Shown one piece after another: positions 10,712-20,370 of a DNA stretch of 64,000 nucleotides. Position 1 is the first letter of the stretch; each line of letters starts with the position of its first letter. Source of the stretch: Rubrivivax sp. (lineage in GTDB: Bacteria; Pseudomonadota; Gammaproteobacteria; Burkholderiales; Burkholderiaceae_C). The translations under genes were made by a program, and so were the position numbers. Location of the stretch: assembly GCA_016789865.1 (NCBI GenBank), contig JAEUPC010000061.1:6604-70603 (forward strand). Reading direction: 5' to 3'. The notes beneath the pieces are model-generated. The model searched no databases, was not told the DNA's origin, and saw only the letters and a program-made list of their open reading frames with translations.

Positions 10712-10739
10712 ATATCGGCCCGGCGCGCACGGCACTTGA
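10712..10739 (-). promoter_or_regulatory. Sigma-28 (FliA) promoter of fliS-fliT-ycgR(-pilE-fimT)
   Basis: Minus strand reads TCAA-N16-GCCGATAT. Confidence 0.7.
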
Positions 10740-10997
10740 GGCGCGGGGCAGCGTGGCCGGCACGATCCGGCATCGGCGATGCCATTCGCTTCCTCCGGGG
10801 GCGCCCGAGCGTCGACGAAGCGGCGGCGCTGGCGGCCTGGAAGCCCCGGGGCGCGACGGGCGAATCGCGCGCGTGCGAAGGGGCTTGGCCGAAATCGATC
10901 GCGCGGGAGGGTCGTGTCGGCGGCCCGCGCCGGTGGCCCGCGAACGGGCTTGCGCCGAGGGGGGCCGGATCGTGCAGCGCGGTGCGCGCCGCCCGAT

Positions 10998-12467
10998 TCA
11001 GCGTGAGCCGCTGCCGCCGCTGCTGCTGTTGGCCAGGCCGGCCAGTTGCTGCGTGACGTAGCTGTTCAGCGCGTTCAGCCGCGCCAGGTTCGAGTCCATC
11101 GCGGTGAACTGCTGCACCAGCCGTTCCTGGTAGCGCTCCACGCGGTCCTCCAGGCGGCTTTGCTTCTCGCTGTTCTGGCTGATCAGCTTGCGCAGGCCTT
11201 CGGTGCGCGTGGTCAGGCTGCCGTCCACCGCCAGCAGCTCGCCGGCCAGGTTGGCGAAGCGGCGCGCGAAGCCCTCGTTGGCCGGCACCAGTGCATCGCC
11301 GTGGGTGAAGGCGCGCTTGAGCGCATCGAGGTTGCCCAGCGCCCGGTCGAGCTTGGCGCTGTCCACGGCGAGGCCGCCGTCGCGCTGCAGTTCGAGGCCG
11401 ATGTCGGAAAGCCGCGGGAAGTTCGCCGAGGCGCCCGACAGGCCGTTGATCACGCTGCGCAGCCGCGCCAGCACGCCGCCGACGGCGCTGTCGCCCTGCA
11501 GCGGGCCGCCGATCTTGCTGGCGGGGTCGTACTTGGTCTGCTCGCCGATCAGCCTGGCCAGCTCGCTGTAGGAGGTGGCCAGGCCCTTGACGGCCTCGGT
11601 GAGCGCGGCGCGGTCGGGGCTCACGTCCACGTCCACCGGGGCCGCGCCCGGGGCCGTGGTGCCGCGCAGCCGCAGCGTGAGGCCATCGACGATGCCGGTG
11701 AGTTCGTTGCTGGCCGAGGTGACGCTCACGCCGTTCACGCTGGCCACGGCGTCGGCGCCGCCTTGCCCCAGCAGCATGCCGGTGGTGCCGGCCGGCGGAT
11801 CGAATGCCAGGCGCGACAGCGCGCTGTTGTCGGCCGGGGTGCCGTCCAGGTCGTCGGCGCGCACGCGAAAGCCGTTCGCAGCGCCGGTGGCCGTGGAGCG
11901 CAGCGCCAGCCGCGTGCCGCTGGCGTCGTTGACCAGGCTGGCCGTGACGCCGGCACCGGCCGCGTTGATCTTGTCGCGCACCGTCTGCAGCGTGTCGGCG
12001 GCGGTCACCGCGATGTCCAGGGCCGTGGTGCCGGCCTTGGCCGTGAAGGCCGCCTGACCTGCGCTCCAGGTGCCCAGCTCCAGCGTCAGCGTGCCTGCAC
12101 CGATCGGTGCGGCCGGGTCGGGGAACAGCGCCGCCGACGACACCGTCTGCGCGGTGGCCATCGCCGTGACGCTGACGCTGTAGGTGCCGGGTGCGGCCGA
12201 ACTGCCGCCGACCGCCGTCACCACGTTTTCGTTGGCACTGGTGGCCTGCGACTGGGACCACAGGCTCGAGCCCTTGAGCTTGTTGGCCGCGTCCTGCAGG
12301 CGCGACACCAGGCTCTGGATCTGCCCGAAGCTGGAGACCTTGGTCTGCAGTTTGCTGGCCTCGGCCTTCATCTGCTCGAGCGGCTTGCGCTCCAGCGCCA
12401 CCAGCTGCGTGAGCATGGTGTTCAGGTCGATGCCGCTGCCGATGCCAAGTGAGGTCAGTGCAGGCAT
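10998..12467 (-). CDS. fliD: Flagellar filament cap FliD
   Basis: SLGIGSGIDL N-terminus, GPLQGDS, QQFTAMD C-terminus. Confidence 0.96.
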   Translation of the reverse strand: MPALTSLGIGSGIDLNTMLTQLVALERKPLEQMKAEASKLQTKVSSFGQIQSLVSRLQDAANKLKGSSLWSQSQATSANENVVTAVGGSSAAPGTYSVSVTAMATAQTVSSAALFPDPAAPIGAGTLTLELGTWSAGQAAFTAKAGTTALDIAVTAADTLQTVRDKINAAGAGVTASLVNDASGTRLALRSTATGAANGFRVRADDLDGTPADNSALSRLAFDPPAGTTGMLLGQGGADAVASVNGVSVTSASNELTGIVDGLTLRLRGTTAPGAAPVDVDVSPDRAALTEAVKGLATSYSELARLIGEQTKYDPASKIGGPLQGDSAVGGVLARLRSVINGLSGASANFPRLSDIGLELQRDGGLAVDSAKLDRALGNLDALKRAFTHGDALVPANEGFARRFANLAGELLAVDGSLTTRTEGLRKLISQNSEKQSRLEDRVERYQERLVQQFTAMDSNLARLNALNSYVTQQLAGLANSSSGGSGSR

Positions 12468-12585
12468 TCAGGTTCTCCCGGGGCGGCGCCAGCGCGGGGC
12501 CGGAGGCCGCGCGCTCGAAAGAGCCAAGGGGCTCGTCAGGGTTGGCAGCGCATCCAGCTCGCGCTTGCCGCCCCCTTGGAGCCCC

Positions 12586-12612
12586 ATATCGGCCGGCCTG
12601 CGCCGGCCTTGA
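12586..12612 (-). promoter_or_regulatory. Sigma-28 promoter of fliD
   Basis: Minus strand reads TCAA-N15-GCCGATAT. Confidence 0.8.
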
Positions 12613-12645
12613 ACCGCCGATGTGCGGAAGTTGTCGTTCCTCGTG

Positions 12646-13509
12646 TCAGCGCTGCAACAGGCTGAGCACTTGCTGGGGCAGCTGGTTGGCCTGCGCCACC
12701 ATCGCGTTGCCGGCCTGCTGCAGGATCTGCGCGCGGCTGAGGGCGGCGGTCTCGGCAGCGTAGTCGGCATCCATGATGCGGCTGCGCGCGGCCGACTGGT
12801 TCTCGGTGCTCACCATGAGGGTGGCGATCACGTTCTCGAAGCGGTTCTGCACCGCACCGAAGGCGGCGCGCTGCTGGTTGATGCTGTCGATGGCCGCGTC
12901 GATGGCGGCAATGGAGGCCAGCGCGAAGCTGCCGTCGCTGCCGGCGATGTTGGTGGTGGGGTCGGTGGCCACCGCCGCACCCACGGCCGCGGTGATGGTG
13001 GCGCTTTGCGTCCAGTCGAACGCGGTGACCTGGATCTGGTCCAGCGTGGCCGACGTGTTGGCGCCGACCTGGAAATTGCTGGTGAGCGTGGTGGCCAGGA
13101 TGTTCTGGCCGTTGAACTGCGTGCCGCCCAGCGTGCGCGCCGATTCGCGCGCCAGCGCCATGTACTCGTCGTTCAGGCTGTTGCGGTCGGCCGCGGTGTT
13201 GGTGCCGTTGGCGGCCTGCACGGCCAGTTCGCGCATGCGCTGCAGCATGTCGCTGACCTTGCCCAGCGCGCCTTCGCCCACCTGCGCCATCGAGATGCCG
13301 TCGTTGGCGTTGCGCATTGCCACGTTCATGCCGCGCACCTGCGTGTGCATGCGCTCGGCGATGGCCAGGCCCGCGGCGTCGTCCTTGGCGCTGTTGACGC
13401 GAAGGCCCGAACTCAGGCGCTGCATCGACACGGCCAGCGCGTTCTGGCTCGTGTTGAGGTTGCGCTGCGCGTTCAGCGAGACGAGGTTGGTGTTGATGGT
13501 CTGGGGCAC
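12646..13509 (-). CDS. fliC: Flagellin (copy 2, about 287 aa, GTG start)
   Basis: INTN..RLSSGLRVNSAKDDAAGLAI; SRIMDADYA; AAGGAG RBS. Confidence 0.97.
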   Translation of the reverse strand: MPQTINTNLVSLNAQRNLNTSQNALAVSMQRLSSGLRVNSAKDDAAGLAIAERMHTQVRGMNVAMRNANDGISMAQVGEGALGKVSDMLQRMRELAVQAANGTNTAADRNSLNDEYMALARESARTLGGTQFNGQNILATTLTSNFQVGANTSATLDQIQVTAFDWTQSATITAAVGAAVATDPTTNIAGSDGSFALASIAAIDAAIDSINQQRAAFGAVQNRFENVIATLMVSTENQSAARSRIMDADYAAETAALSRAQILQQAGNAMVAQANQLPQQVLSLLQR

Positions 13510-13764
13510 GGCGGGTACTCCTTGCGGAAGGCGCTTGGGCGCTGCGTTGCGTCGGGTCGGTGGCGAAGTCAATCGCCTCGAACTGCCGACGCGGATGGCC
13601 GAAGCGTTGTGCCGTCAGATTACGGCGCCGCCAGCGCGCAGCATCGTCCGATAAGGGGGCGGATGCGGGCGCATATCGATGCCGGGGCGTGCCCGGGACC
13701 GAAACGAGCGAGGGCCCGCTGCCCGTGGAAGGCAGCGAGCCCTTTGGATTGAGTGCGACCCGCG

Positions 13765-13854
13765 CCGGGCGGAGTGCCCGGCGCATGCGTGGCTCCGGGC
13801 GCAGTGCCCGGCGCATGCGTGGCTCCGGGCGCAGTGCGCGGCGCCAGCGTGACC
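13765..13854. repeat. 30-bp tandem repeat (about 3 copies) between the flagellins
   Basis: ccgggcg(g/c)agtgcccggcgcatgcgtggct x2 plus a degenerate third copy. Confidence 0.85.
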
Positions 13855-13918
13855 CCGGCACAAGGCTGCGCCGGCACTGTGTCGGTCGAGCCGCGGGCGG
13901 GTGCCCGCGTTCGATGCG

Positions 13919-14779
13919 TCAGCGCAGCAGCGCCAGCACCTGCTGGGGCAGCTGGTTGGCCTGCGCCACCATCGCGTTGCCGGCCTGCTGCAGGATGGAA
14001 GCGCGCGACAGGTTGGCCGTCTCGGTGGCGTAGTCGGCGTCCATGATGCGGCTGCGCGCGGCGGTCTGGTTCTCCACCGAGACCATCAGCGTGGCCACCA
14101 CGTTGTCGAAGCGGTTCTGCACCGCACCGAAGGTGGCGCGCTGCGAGTTGACCGAGTCGATGGCGTTGTCGATGGCGGTGATGGCGGCCAGCGCGAAGCT
14201 GCCGTCGGTGCCGGCCACGGCCGTGGTCGGGTCGGCGCCCACCGCCGAGCCGATGGCCGTGGTGATGTTGGCCACGCTCGTCCAGTCGAACGCCGCCACC
14301 GAGATCTGGTCCAGCGTGGCCGACGTGTTGGCGCCCACCTGGAACGTGCTGGCGCTGGTGGTGGCGAGGATGTTCTGGCCGTTGAACTGGGTGCCGCCCA
14401 GCGTGCGCGCGGCTTCGCGGGCCAGCTGCAGGTACTCGTCGTTCAGGCTGGTGCGGTCGCTGGAGGTGTTGGTGCCGTTGGCGGCCTGCACGGCCAGCTC
14501 GCGCATGCGCTGCAGCATGTCGCCGACTTTGCCCAGCGCCCCTTCGGCCGTCTGCGACAGCGAGATGGCGTCGTTGGCATTGCGGATGGCGACATTCATG
14601 CCGCGCACCTTGGTCTGCATGCGCTCGGCGATGGCCAGGCCGGCGGCATCGTCCTTGGCGCTGTTGACGCGCAGGCCCGAGCTCAGCCGCTGCATCGACG
14701 TGGCCAGCGAGGTCTGGCTCACGCTGAGGTTGCGCTGGGCGTTCAGCGAGACGAGGTTGGTGTTGATCGATTGAGGCAT
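13919..14779 (-). CDS. fliC: Flagellin (copy 1, about 286 aa)
   Basis: Same conserved D0/D1 motifs; start MPQSINTN. Confidence 0.97.
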   Translation of the reverse strand: MPQSINTNLVSLNAQRNLSVSQTSLATSMQRLSSGLRVNSAKDDAAGLAIAERMQTKVRGMNVAIRNANDAISLSQTAEGALGKVGDMLQRMRELAVQAANGTNTSSDRTSLNDEYLQLAREAARTLGGTQFNGQNILATTSASTFQVGANTSATLDQISVAAFDWTSVANITTAIGSAVGADPTTAVAGTDGSFALAAITAIDNAIDSVNSQRATFGAVQNRFDNVVATLMVSVENQTAARSRIMDADYATETANLSRASILQQAGNAMVAQANQLPQQVLALLR

Positions 14780-15033
14780 TTTCAGTGTGCTCCCAAGTAG
14801 GGGTGACAAGACCGCAGGCTGTTCGGCAGCTTGGGGCAGGCGGCTCCCTTCCTCCTTCCGAAGCCGCGCACCTTTCGCCGCCCGCTCCTTTCGAGCCGGC
14901 CTCGAGGCGCCGGCTCTCCAGGAGCACGCCCGGGCAACCCGTCGCCGCGGCTGCCGCCCCTGGATGGGCAGGTGTCAGCTGCGGCCCGTTCCGCTCCGGA
15001 CCCGCACCCACTCTCGTGGGCACGTTGAGGCGG

Positions 15034-15060
15034 TTTTCGGCCGGGCCGATCGGTGCTTTA
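15034..15060 (-). promoter_or_regulatory. Sigma-28 promoter of flagellin copy 1
   Basis: Minus strand reads TAAA-N15-GCCGAAAA, one mismatch from the FliA consensus. Confidence 0.85.
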
Positions 15061-15202
15061 GCGCCTTTTTTCGCGCCTTGTTCTGCGCGCGCCCGGTGCC
15101 GCGGCCATGAACTGGCGGGGCGAACCGCGTCATTTCGGCGGCACCGCGCCGGACTTGAACCCGATCATCTGCGCCGATGCCGTCCCTCGGGGAAACGCCT
15201 GT

Positions 15203-15802
15203 ATGAATCCACGCAAGCTTCACATCGGCGGCGCCCAGGCGCGGGCCGGCTGGGAGGTGCTGGACGTGCGCACTGCCGCGCATGTGCAGCACGTGGGCGA
15301 CGCGCTGGACCTGGCGCGCTTCGCCGACGGCACCTTCGCCGAGATCTACGCCTCGCACGTGCTGGAGCACTTCGACTACGTGCAGGCGCTGCCGCGCGCG
15401 CTGGCCGAGTGGCACCGCGTGCTGGCCCCGGGGGGCGTGCTGCGGCTGTCGGTGCCCGACATCGACATCCTCGCCCACCTGCTGCTGCAGCGGCATGTGC
15501 TGGACGTCAACCAGCGCTTCCAGGTGATGCGCATGATCTTCGGCGGCCAGACGCACGACCACGACCACCACCGGGTCGGGCTGAACCAGGACTTCATGGC
15601 GGCGTACCTGAGCCGCGCAGGCTTCGTCAACCTGCAGCGCGTCAGCCGGCATGGCCTGTTCGCCGACACCAGCGAGACCGTCGTGCTCGGCACGCCGATC
15701 AGCCTGAACATCCTTGCACACAAGGCCCCGTTGTCACCGGTGTCGCCGGCCGCGGCCCCGGCCGCCCAGGCGTGCGGTGCCGCTCCGGAGGTCACGGCAT
15801 GA
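15203..15802 (+). CDS. Class I SAM-dependent methyltransferase-like protein
   Basis: KLHIGG..GW..LD, FADGTFAEIYASHVLEHF, EWHRVLAPGG..SVPD. Confidence 0.85.
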   Translation: MNPRKLHIGGAQARAGWEVLDVRTAAHVQHVGDALDLARFADGTFAEIYASHVLEHFDYVQALPRALAEWHRVLAPGGVLRLSVPDIDILAHLLLQRHVLDVNQRFQVMRMIFGGQTHDHDHHRVGLNQDFMAAYLSRAGFVNLQRVSRHGLFADTSETVVLGTPISLNILAHKAPLSPVSPAAAPAAQACGAAPEVTA

Positions 15803-17748
15803 CGATGATGCTCCCGCAGCCGGTGCCGGCGCGCGCCGGTCACCGCCACTGGCAGCAGGGCGTCGACCACGCGCAGCGCCGCGACTGGGTCGGCGCGGCG
15901 CGCGCCTTCCGCCGCGCGGTGCGCGCGGCGCCGGGCGATGCGCTGTACTGGATCAACCTGGCCAACACCTACCGCCATGCCGGCGACCACGCGCGCGCGC
16001 TGGGCGCGGTGGGGCATGCCCTGGCGCTCGATGCGGCGCAGCCGCTGGCGCTGCGCCTGCAAGGCGAGGCGCTGGCCGCACTGCACCGCTACCCCGAGGC
16101 GGTGGCGGCGTTCGAGAAGCTCTGGGCCACCGGCGCGCGCGAGCCCGACGCGATGCTGCAGCACGCCGCCATGCTGCAGGCGCTGCGCAAGCCCAAGGAG
16201 TCGATCGAGCTGCTGATGGAAGCGGCGGCCCTCGAGCCGGCGATGCTGCAGCTGCACGCGATGATGGCCACGGCTTTCCGCGACATGGCGCTGCAGAACG
16301 AAGCCATCGAGTGCCTGAAGACGGTGCTGGCGCTGGACCCCGGCAACCTGCAGGCCCTGGCGCATCTGTCGTACGAGAAGCGCCACGTCTGCGACTGGAG
16401 CGACCTCGACGCCGACATCGCGCGGCTGCAGCAGGTGCTGGCCACGCTGCCCGCCGGAATGGCCCGCCTTTCCAGCTCGTTCAGCCTGCTGTCGCTGCCG
16501 CTGGACCCGGCGCTGCAGCTGGCCGCTTCGCGCGCCGAGGCGCTGGCGGCGATGGTTGGTGCGCGCGAGCTGGCGCCGTTGACGGCGGCCGAACACGCCC
16601 AGCGCACCACCGATACCGCGCGCCGCCCGCGCATCGGCATGCTCTCGTTCGACTTCCACGAGCACCCGGTGTCGCAGCTGATCGTCGAGATGCTGGAGCG
16701 CATGAACGGCAGCCGCTTCGAGGTGACGCTGTACTCCACCGGCCGCGACGACGGCTCGGCGCTGCGCCAGCGCATCGAGCGTGCGGCCGATCACTTCGTC
16801 GACCTGCGCGGCACCAGCGATGCGCTGGCCGCCGAGCGCATCCGCGCCGACGGCACGGACATCCTGGTGGACCTGCAGGGCCACACGCGCGGCCACCGCA
16901 GCGCCATCCTGGCGCGCCGCCCGGCGCCGGTGCAGGTGGCCTATCTCGGCTACCCGGCCAGCAGCGGTGCGCCGTACATCGACTACCTGATCGGCGACCC
17001 GCTGGTCACGCCGGTGCAGCTGGCCCACCTGTACACGGAGAAGCTGGCGCAGATGCCGCTGACCTTCCAGCCCAACGGCGGCTGGCGGCCGGTGCCCGAG
17101 CAGGCGATGCCGGCGATGACACGCGAGCGTGCCGGCTTGCCGGCCGAGGGCTTCGTGATGTGCGCCTTCAACCACACCTACAAGATCCTGCCCGAGGCGT
17201 TCGACGCCTGGTGCGCGGTGATGCGCGAGGTGCCCGGTTCGGTGTTGTGGCTGAAGGAGACCAACGGCCAGCTGCACGACAACGTGCGCCGCGAGGCCCA
17301 GGCCCGGGGCGTGGCCGGCGAGCGCATCGTGTTCGCCCGCGCCGTGGCGTATGCCGAGCACTTCGCGCGGCTGGCGCTGGCCGATGTGTTCGTCGACACC
17401 TGGCCGTACAACGCCCACACCACCGCCGCAGATGCGCTGTGGGCCGGCGTGCCGGTGGTCACGCTGCATGGCAACGGCTTCGCCTCGCGCGTGGCGGCCA
17501 GCGTGCTGAATGCCGCCGGGATGGCCGAGCTGGCGTTCGAGCGTGTGGAGGACTACTGCGCGGCGATCACTGCGCTGGCGCGCGAGCCGGCGCTGCACGC
17601 CGGCTACCGCGAGCACCTGCGCACGCGGCGGCGGGAGCTGCCGTTGTTCGACTGCGCGCGCTACACGCGCGAGTTCGAGGACCTGCTGGCGCGAATGTGG
17701 CGTCGCTGGGCAGCCGGCGAGGCGCCGCAGCACCTGCTGGCGGAATAG
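15799..17748 (+). CDS. TPR plus GT41 (SPINDLY/OGT-like) O-linked glycosyltransferase, probably modifying flagellin
   Basis: TPRs, SFDFHEHPV, DILVDLQGHT, RPAPVQVAYLGYP, FNHTYKI, DTWPYNAHTT, DALWAGVPV. Confidence 0.92.
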   Translation: MTMMLPQPVPARAGHRHWQQGVDHAQRRDWVGAARAFRRAVRAAPGDALYWINLANTYRHAGDHARALGAVGHALALDAAQPLALRLQGEALAALHRYPEAVAAFEKLWATGAREPDAMLQHAAMLQALRKPKESIELLMEAAALEPAMLQLHAMMATAFRDMALQNEAIECLKTVLALDPGNLQALAHLSYEKRHVCDWSDLDADIARLQQVLATLPAGMARLSSSFSLLSLPLDPALQLAASRAEALAAMVGARELAPLTAAEHAQRTTDTARRPRIGMLSFDFHEHPVSQLIVEMLERMNGSRFEVTLYSTGRDDGSALRQRIERAADHFVDLRGTSDALAAERIRADGTDILVDLQGHTRGHRSAILARRPAPVQVAYLGYPASSGAPYIDYLIGDPLVTPVQLAHLYTEKLAQMPLTFQPNGGWRPVPEQAMPAMTRERAGLPAEGFVMCAFNHTYKILPEAFDAWCAVMREVPGSVLWLKETNGQLHDNVRREAQARGVAGERIVFARAVAYAEHFARLALADVFVDTWPYNAHTTAADALWAGVPVVTLHGNGFASRVAASVLNAAGMAELAFERVEDYCAAITALAREPALHAGYREHLRTRRRELPLFDCARYTREFEDLLARMWRRWAAGEAPQHLLAE

Positions 17749-17849
17749 GCGCGCTCAGCCGACGTCGCCGCGCACAAGCCGCGCGGCGATGACAAGCCTG
17801 GCGCTCCGCGGCTGCGCCGCGGGCACCCGGTGGCTTGCGGCCTCGTTGG

Positions 17850-17913
17850 GCCTCAGCGGCCTGCGGCCGCGTTGCGCCTCAGCGGCCTGCGACCGCGTTG
17901 CGCCTCAGCGGCC
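17850..17913. repeat. 26-bp tandem duplication overlapping the argE stop
   Basis: gcctcagcggcctgcg(g/a)ccgcgttgc x2 plus a partial copy. Confidence 0.8.
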
Positions 17914-19167
17914 AAGGACCGCCGCCCCCTGCGCGGTGATGCCGCGCAGGAAGCCTTCGCACCGCGCCAGCTGCTCCAGCGTGACGAACTCGTCGGCCTG
18001 GTGCGCCTGGCCGATGCTGCCCGGCCCGCACACCACGGTGGAGATGCCGGCGCGCTGGAACATGCCGGCCTCGGTGCCGAAGGCGACATGGGTGGTGCTG
18101 GTCGCCTGCGCCAGCCGCAGCGCCAGCGCCACGGCCGGCTCGTCGGGCTGAGCGCGGAAGGCCGGCATCTCGGCAAACGACTCGAAGCGAAAGCCGCTGG
18201 TCGCATCCACCGCCTGCATCGCCGGCTCGAGCGCACGCGCGCTGGCCAGCACCTGCTGCTGCAAGGCCTCGGGGTCGACGCCGGGCAGGTTGCGGAACTC
18301 GTAGTGGAAGCGGCAGTCCTCGGGCACCACGTTGTCGGCGATGCCGCCTTGCACGAAGCACACCGCGGCGGTGCTGTAGGGCACATCGAAGCCGGCCTGT
18401 CGCGACTCGCCGGCGCGCAGTTCGTCGCCGATGCCGCTGATGCGCGCGATGACGCGCGCCGCCGCCTCCACCGCGTTCACCGCAAACGGCGTCAGCGAGC
18501 TGTGCGCCGCGTGCCCGCGCACATGGCAGCGCCAGCGGTAGACGCCCTTGTGCGCGACCGCCGGCACCATCTCGGTGGGTTCGCCGATGATGCACAGGCG
18601 CGGCGCCACGCCCGCATCGCGCAGGTCGGCCAGGAGCCGCCGCACGCCGAAACCGCCGACCTCCTCGTCGTAGCTGAAGGCGTAGTGCAGCGCGAACGGC
18701 AGATCGGCCGCGAGCCAGGCGCGCGTCTGCGCGACCACCGCGCCGATGTAGCTCTTCATGTCGGCACTGCCGCGGCCCCAGAGCCGGCCATCGGCCGCCT
18801 CGCCGCCCAGCGGGTCGCGCGTCCACGCCTGGCCGTCCCAGGGCACGGTGTCGGTGTGGCCCGAGAGCACGAGCCCCGCCGGCTTGCCCGCGCCCAGCGT
18901 CGCAAAGAGGTTGGCCTTGCGCCGCTCGTCGTCGTAGGTCAGGCGAAGCGGCACCTGCAGGGCCCGCAGCGCGTCGGCGATGGTCTCGATGAGCGCGAGG
19001 TTCGACCCGCTGCTGACGGTGTTCAGGCGCACCAGGCGCTGCGCCCAGGCGAGCGTGTCGGCGCTCGGCGCCGGGCCCGGGGTCTTTTCGGTGACATGGC
19101 CGGTGACGGGGCCGGTGACGTGGCCCGTGGGGAGGCCGGGCCTGGCGGCTGGGGCGGACGCGTGCAT
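17905..19167 (-). CDS. argE: Acetylornithine deacetylase (M20)
   Basis: LSGHTDTVP, GRGSADMK, YDEEVG, GEPT, AHKG, GPGSIGQAHQADEF. Confidence 0.9.
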   Translation of the reverse strand: MHASAPAARPGLPTGHVTGPVTGHVTEKTPGPAPSADTLAWAQRLVRLNTVSSGSNLALIETIADALRALQVPLRLTYDDERRKANLFATLGAGKPAGLVLSGHTDTVPWDGQAWTRDPLGGEAADGRLWGRGSADMKSYIGAVVAQTRAWLAADLPFALHYAFSYDEEVGGFGVRRLLADLRDAGVAPRLCIIGEPTEMVPAVAHKGVYRWRCHVRGHAAHSSLTPFAVNAVEAAARVIARISGIGDELRAGESRQAGFDVPYSTAAVCFVQGGIADNVVPEDCRFHYEFRNLPGVDPEALQQQVLASARALEPAMQAVDATSGFRFESFAEMPAFRAQPDEPAVALALRLAQATSTTHVAFGTEAGMFQRAGISTVVCGPGSIGQAHQADEFVTLEQLARCEGFLRGITAQGAAVLGR

Positions 19168-19205
19168 GCCCGACTCTACCCTCGGGCGCGGCGCGCGGCG
19201 CTACG

Positions 19206-20198
19206 ATGAGGCGCATGGACGCTGCCCCTACCCCCTCGGTTGAAGCCGATATGGCGGACCTGGCCGATCTGGTCGGCCCGGCGGCCGTGCGCGCGGCGAT
19301 GGAGCGCATCAAGCACGACGTGCGGCGCACGCCGCTGTGGCGCATGCCGGGCGCGGCGCTCGGTGTGCCGTGCGCCGAGGTCTGGCTGAAGCTGGAGCAC
19401 ATGCAGGTCAGCGGCAGCTTCAAGGCGCGCGGCATGTTCAACCGGCTGCGTTCGCAGCGCGTGCCGGCCGCCGGCGTGGTCATCGCCTCGGGCGGCAACG
19501 CCGGCATCGCCGCGGCGATGGCCGCCCGCGCCGTGGGCGCGCGCTGCGAGGTGTTCGTGGCCGAGAGCACACCGCAATCCAAGCGCCACCGCCTGCTGGC
19601 CGCCGGGGCGCAGATGACGGTGGCCGGCCCGACTTACGCCCATGCGTTCGAGGCCTGCCTCGACCGGCAGATCGCCACGGGTGCGCTGCTGATGCACGCC
19701 TACGACCAACCCGAGGTGCTGGCCGGCGCCGGCACGCTGGCCATGGAGATCGAGGCCGAGGCCGGCGTGCCCGACCGGGTGCTGGTCAGCGTGGGCGGCG
19801 GCGGGCTCATCGCCGGCATCGCGGCGTGGTTCGAAGGCTGCACGCGCGTCGAGTCGATGGAGCCCGAGCGCGCCCCCACGCTGCACAGCGCGCTGCAGCG
19901 CGGCGAACCGGTGGACGTGGAGGTCTCGGGCATCGCCGCCGACTCGCTCGGCGCGCGGCGCATCGGCCGGCTGGCGTGGCCGGTCTGCCGCCGGCACGTG
20001 GTGGCCTCGTATCTGCTGCCCGACGACCTCATCGGCGCGGCGCAGCTGCGCATGTGGCGCGACCTGCGGCTGGCGGTGGAACCCGGCGCCGCGCTGCCGA
20101 TGGCGGCGTTGTGGGCGCGGGCGGTGGAGCTGGCGCCCGACGAGCGCGTGGCGGTCGTCGTCTGCGGGGCGAACTTCGACCCGGCGGCGTTAGGCTGA
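19206..20198 (+). CDS. PLP-dependent threonine/serine dehydratase family protein
   Basis: KLEHMQVSGSFKARG, ASGGNAG, VGGGGLIAG, CGAN. Confidence 0.9.
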   Translation: MRRMDAAPTPSVEADMADLADLVGPAAVRAAMERIKHDVRRTPLWRMPGAALGVPCAEVWLKLEHMQVSGSFKARGMFNRLRSQRVPAAGVVIASGGNAGIAAAMAARAVGARCEVFVAESTPQSKRHRLLAAGAQMTVAGPTYAHAFEACLDRQIATGALLMHAYDQPEVLAGAGTLAMEIEAEAGVPDRVLVSVGGGGLIAGIAAWFEGCTRVESMEPERAPTLHSALQRGEPVDVEVSGIAADSLGARRIGRLAWPVCRRHVVASYLLPDDLIGAAQLRMWRDLRLAVEPGAALPMAALWARAVELAPDERVAVVVCGANFDPAALG

Positions 20199-20345
20199 AG
20201 CGCCCGCGGGGCGGGCCGCGGTCTTGTCGCGCGCGTCGAGGCCCGGGCCGCCGATGTAGATGGCATCGGCGCCGTGGTTCACCGCTTCGATGCCGATGAC
20301 TGCGTCGCGGGCGGGGGCGGGCAGCTCGAGTTCGCGGCGGAGCAT
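20190..20345 (-). pseudogene. 51-codon N-terminal remnant of a U32-family (RlhA/YdcP-like) gene
   Basis: Hand translation MLRRELELPAPARDAVIGIEAVNHGADAIYIGGPGLDAR..* matches the U32 start ELLxPA..GADAVYxG; absent from the ORF track. Confidence 0.75.
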
Positions 20346-20370
20346 GGGGCGCGTTCCTGGTCGGGGATGC

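Noticed and set aside
13510-13760. Sigma-28 promoter for flagellin copy 2
   Set aside because: Only a weak GCCGTAAT-like -10 with no properly spaced TAAA/TCAA
13765-13854. 30-bp repeats as a possible CRISPR array
   Set aside because: Units are contiguous with no spacers, and there are no cas genes
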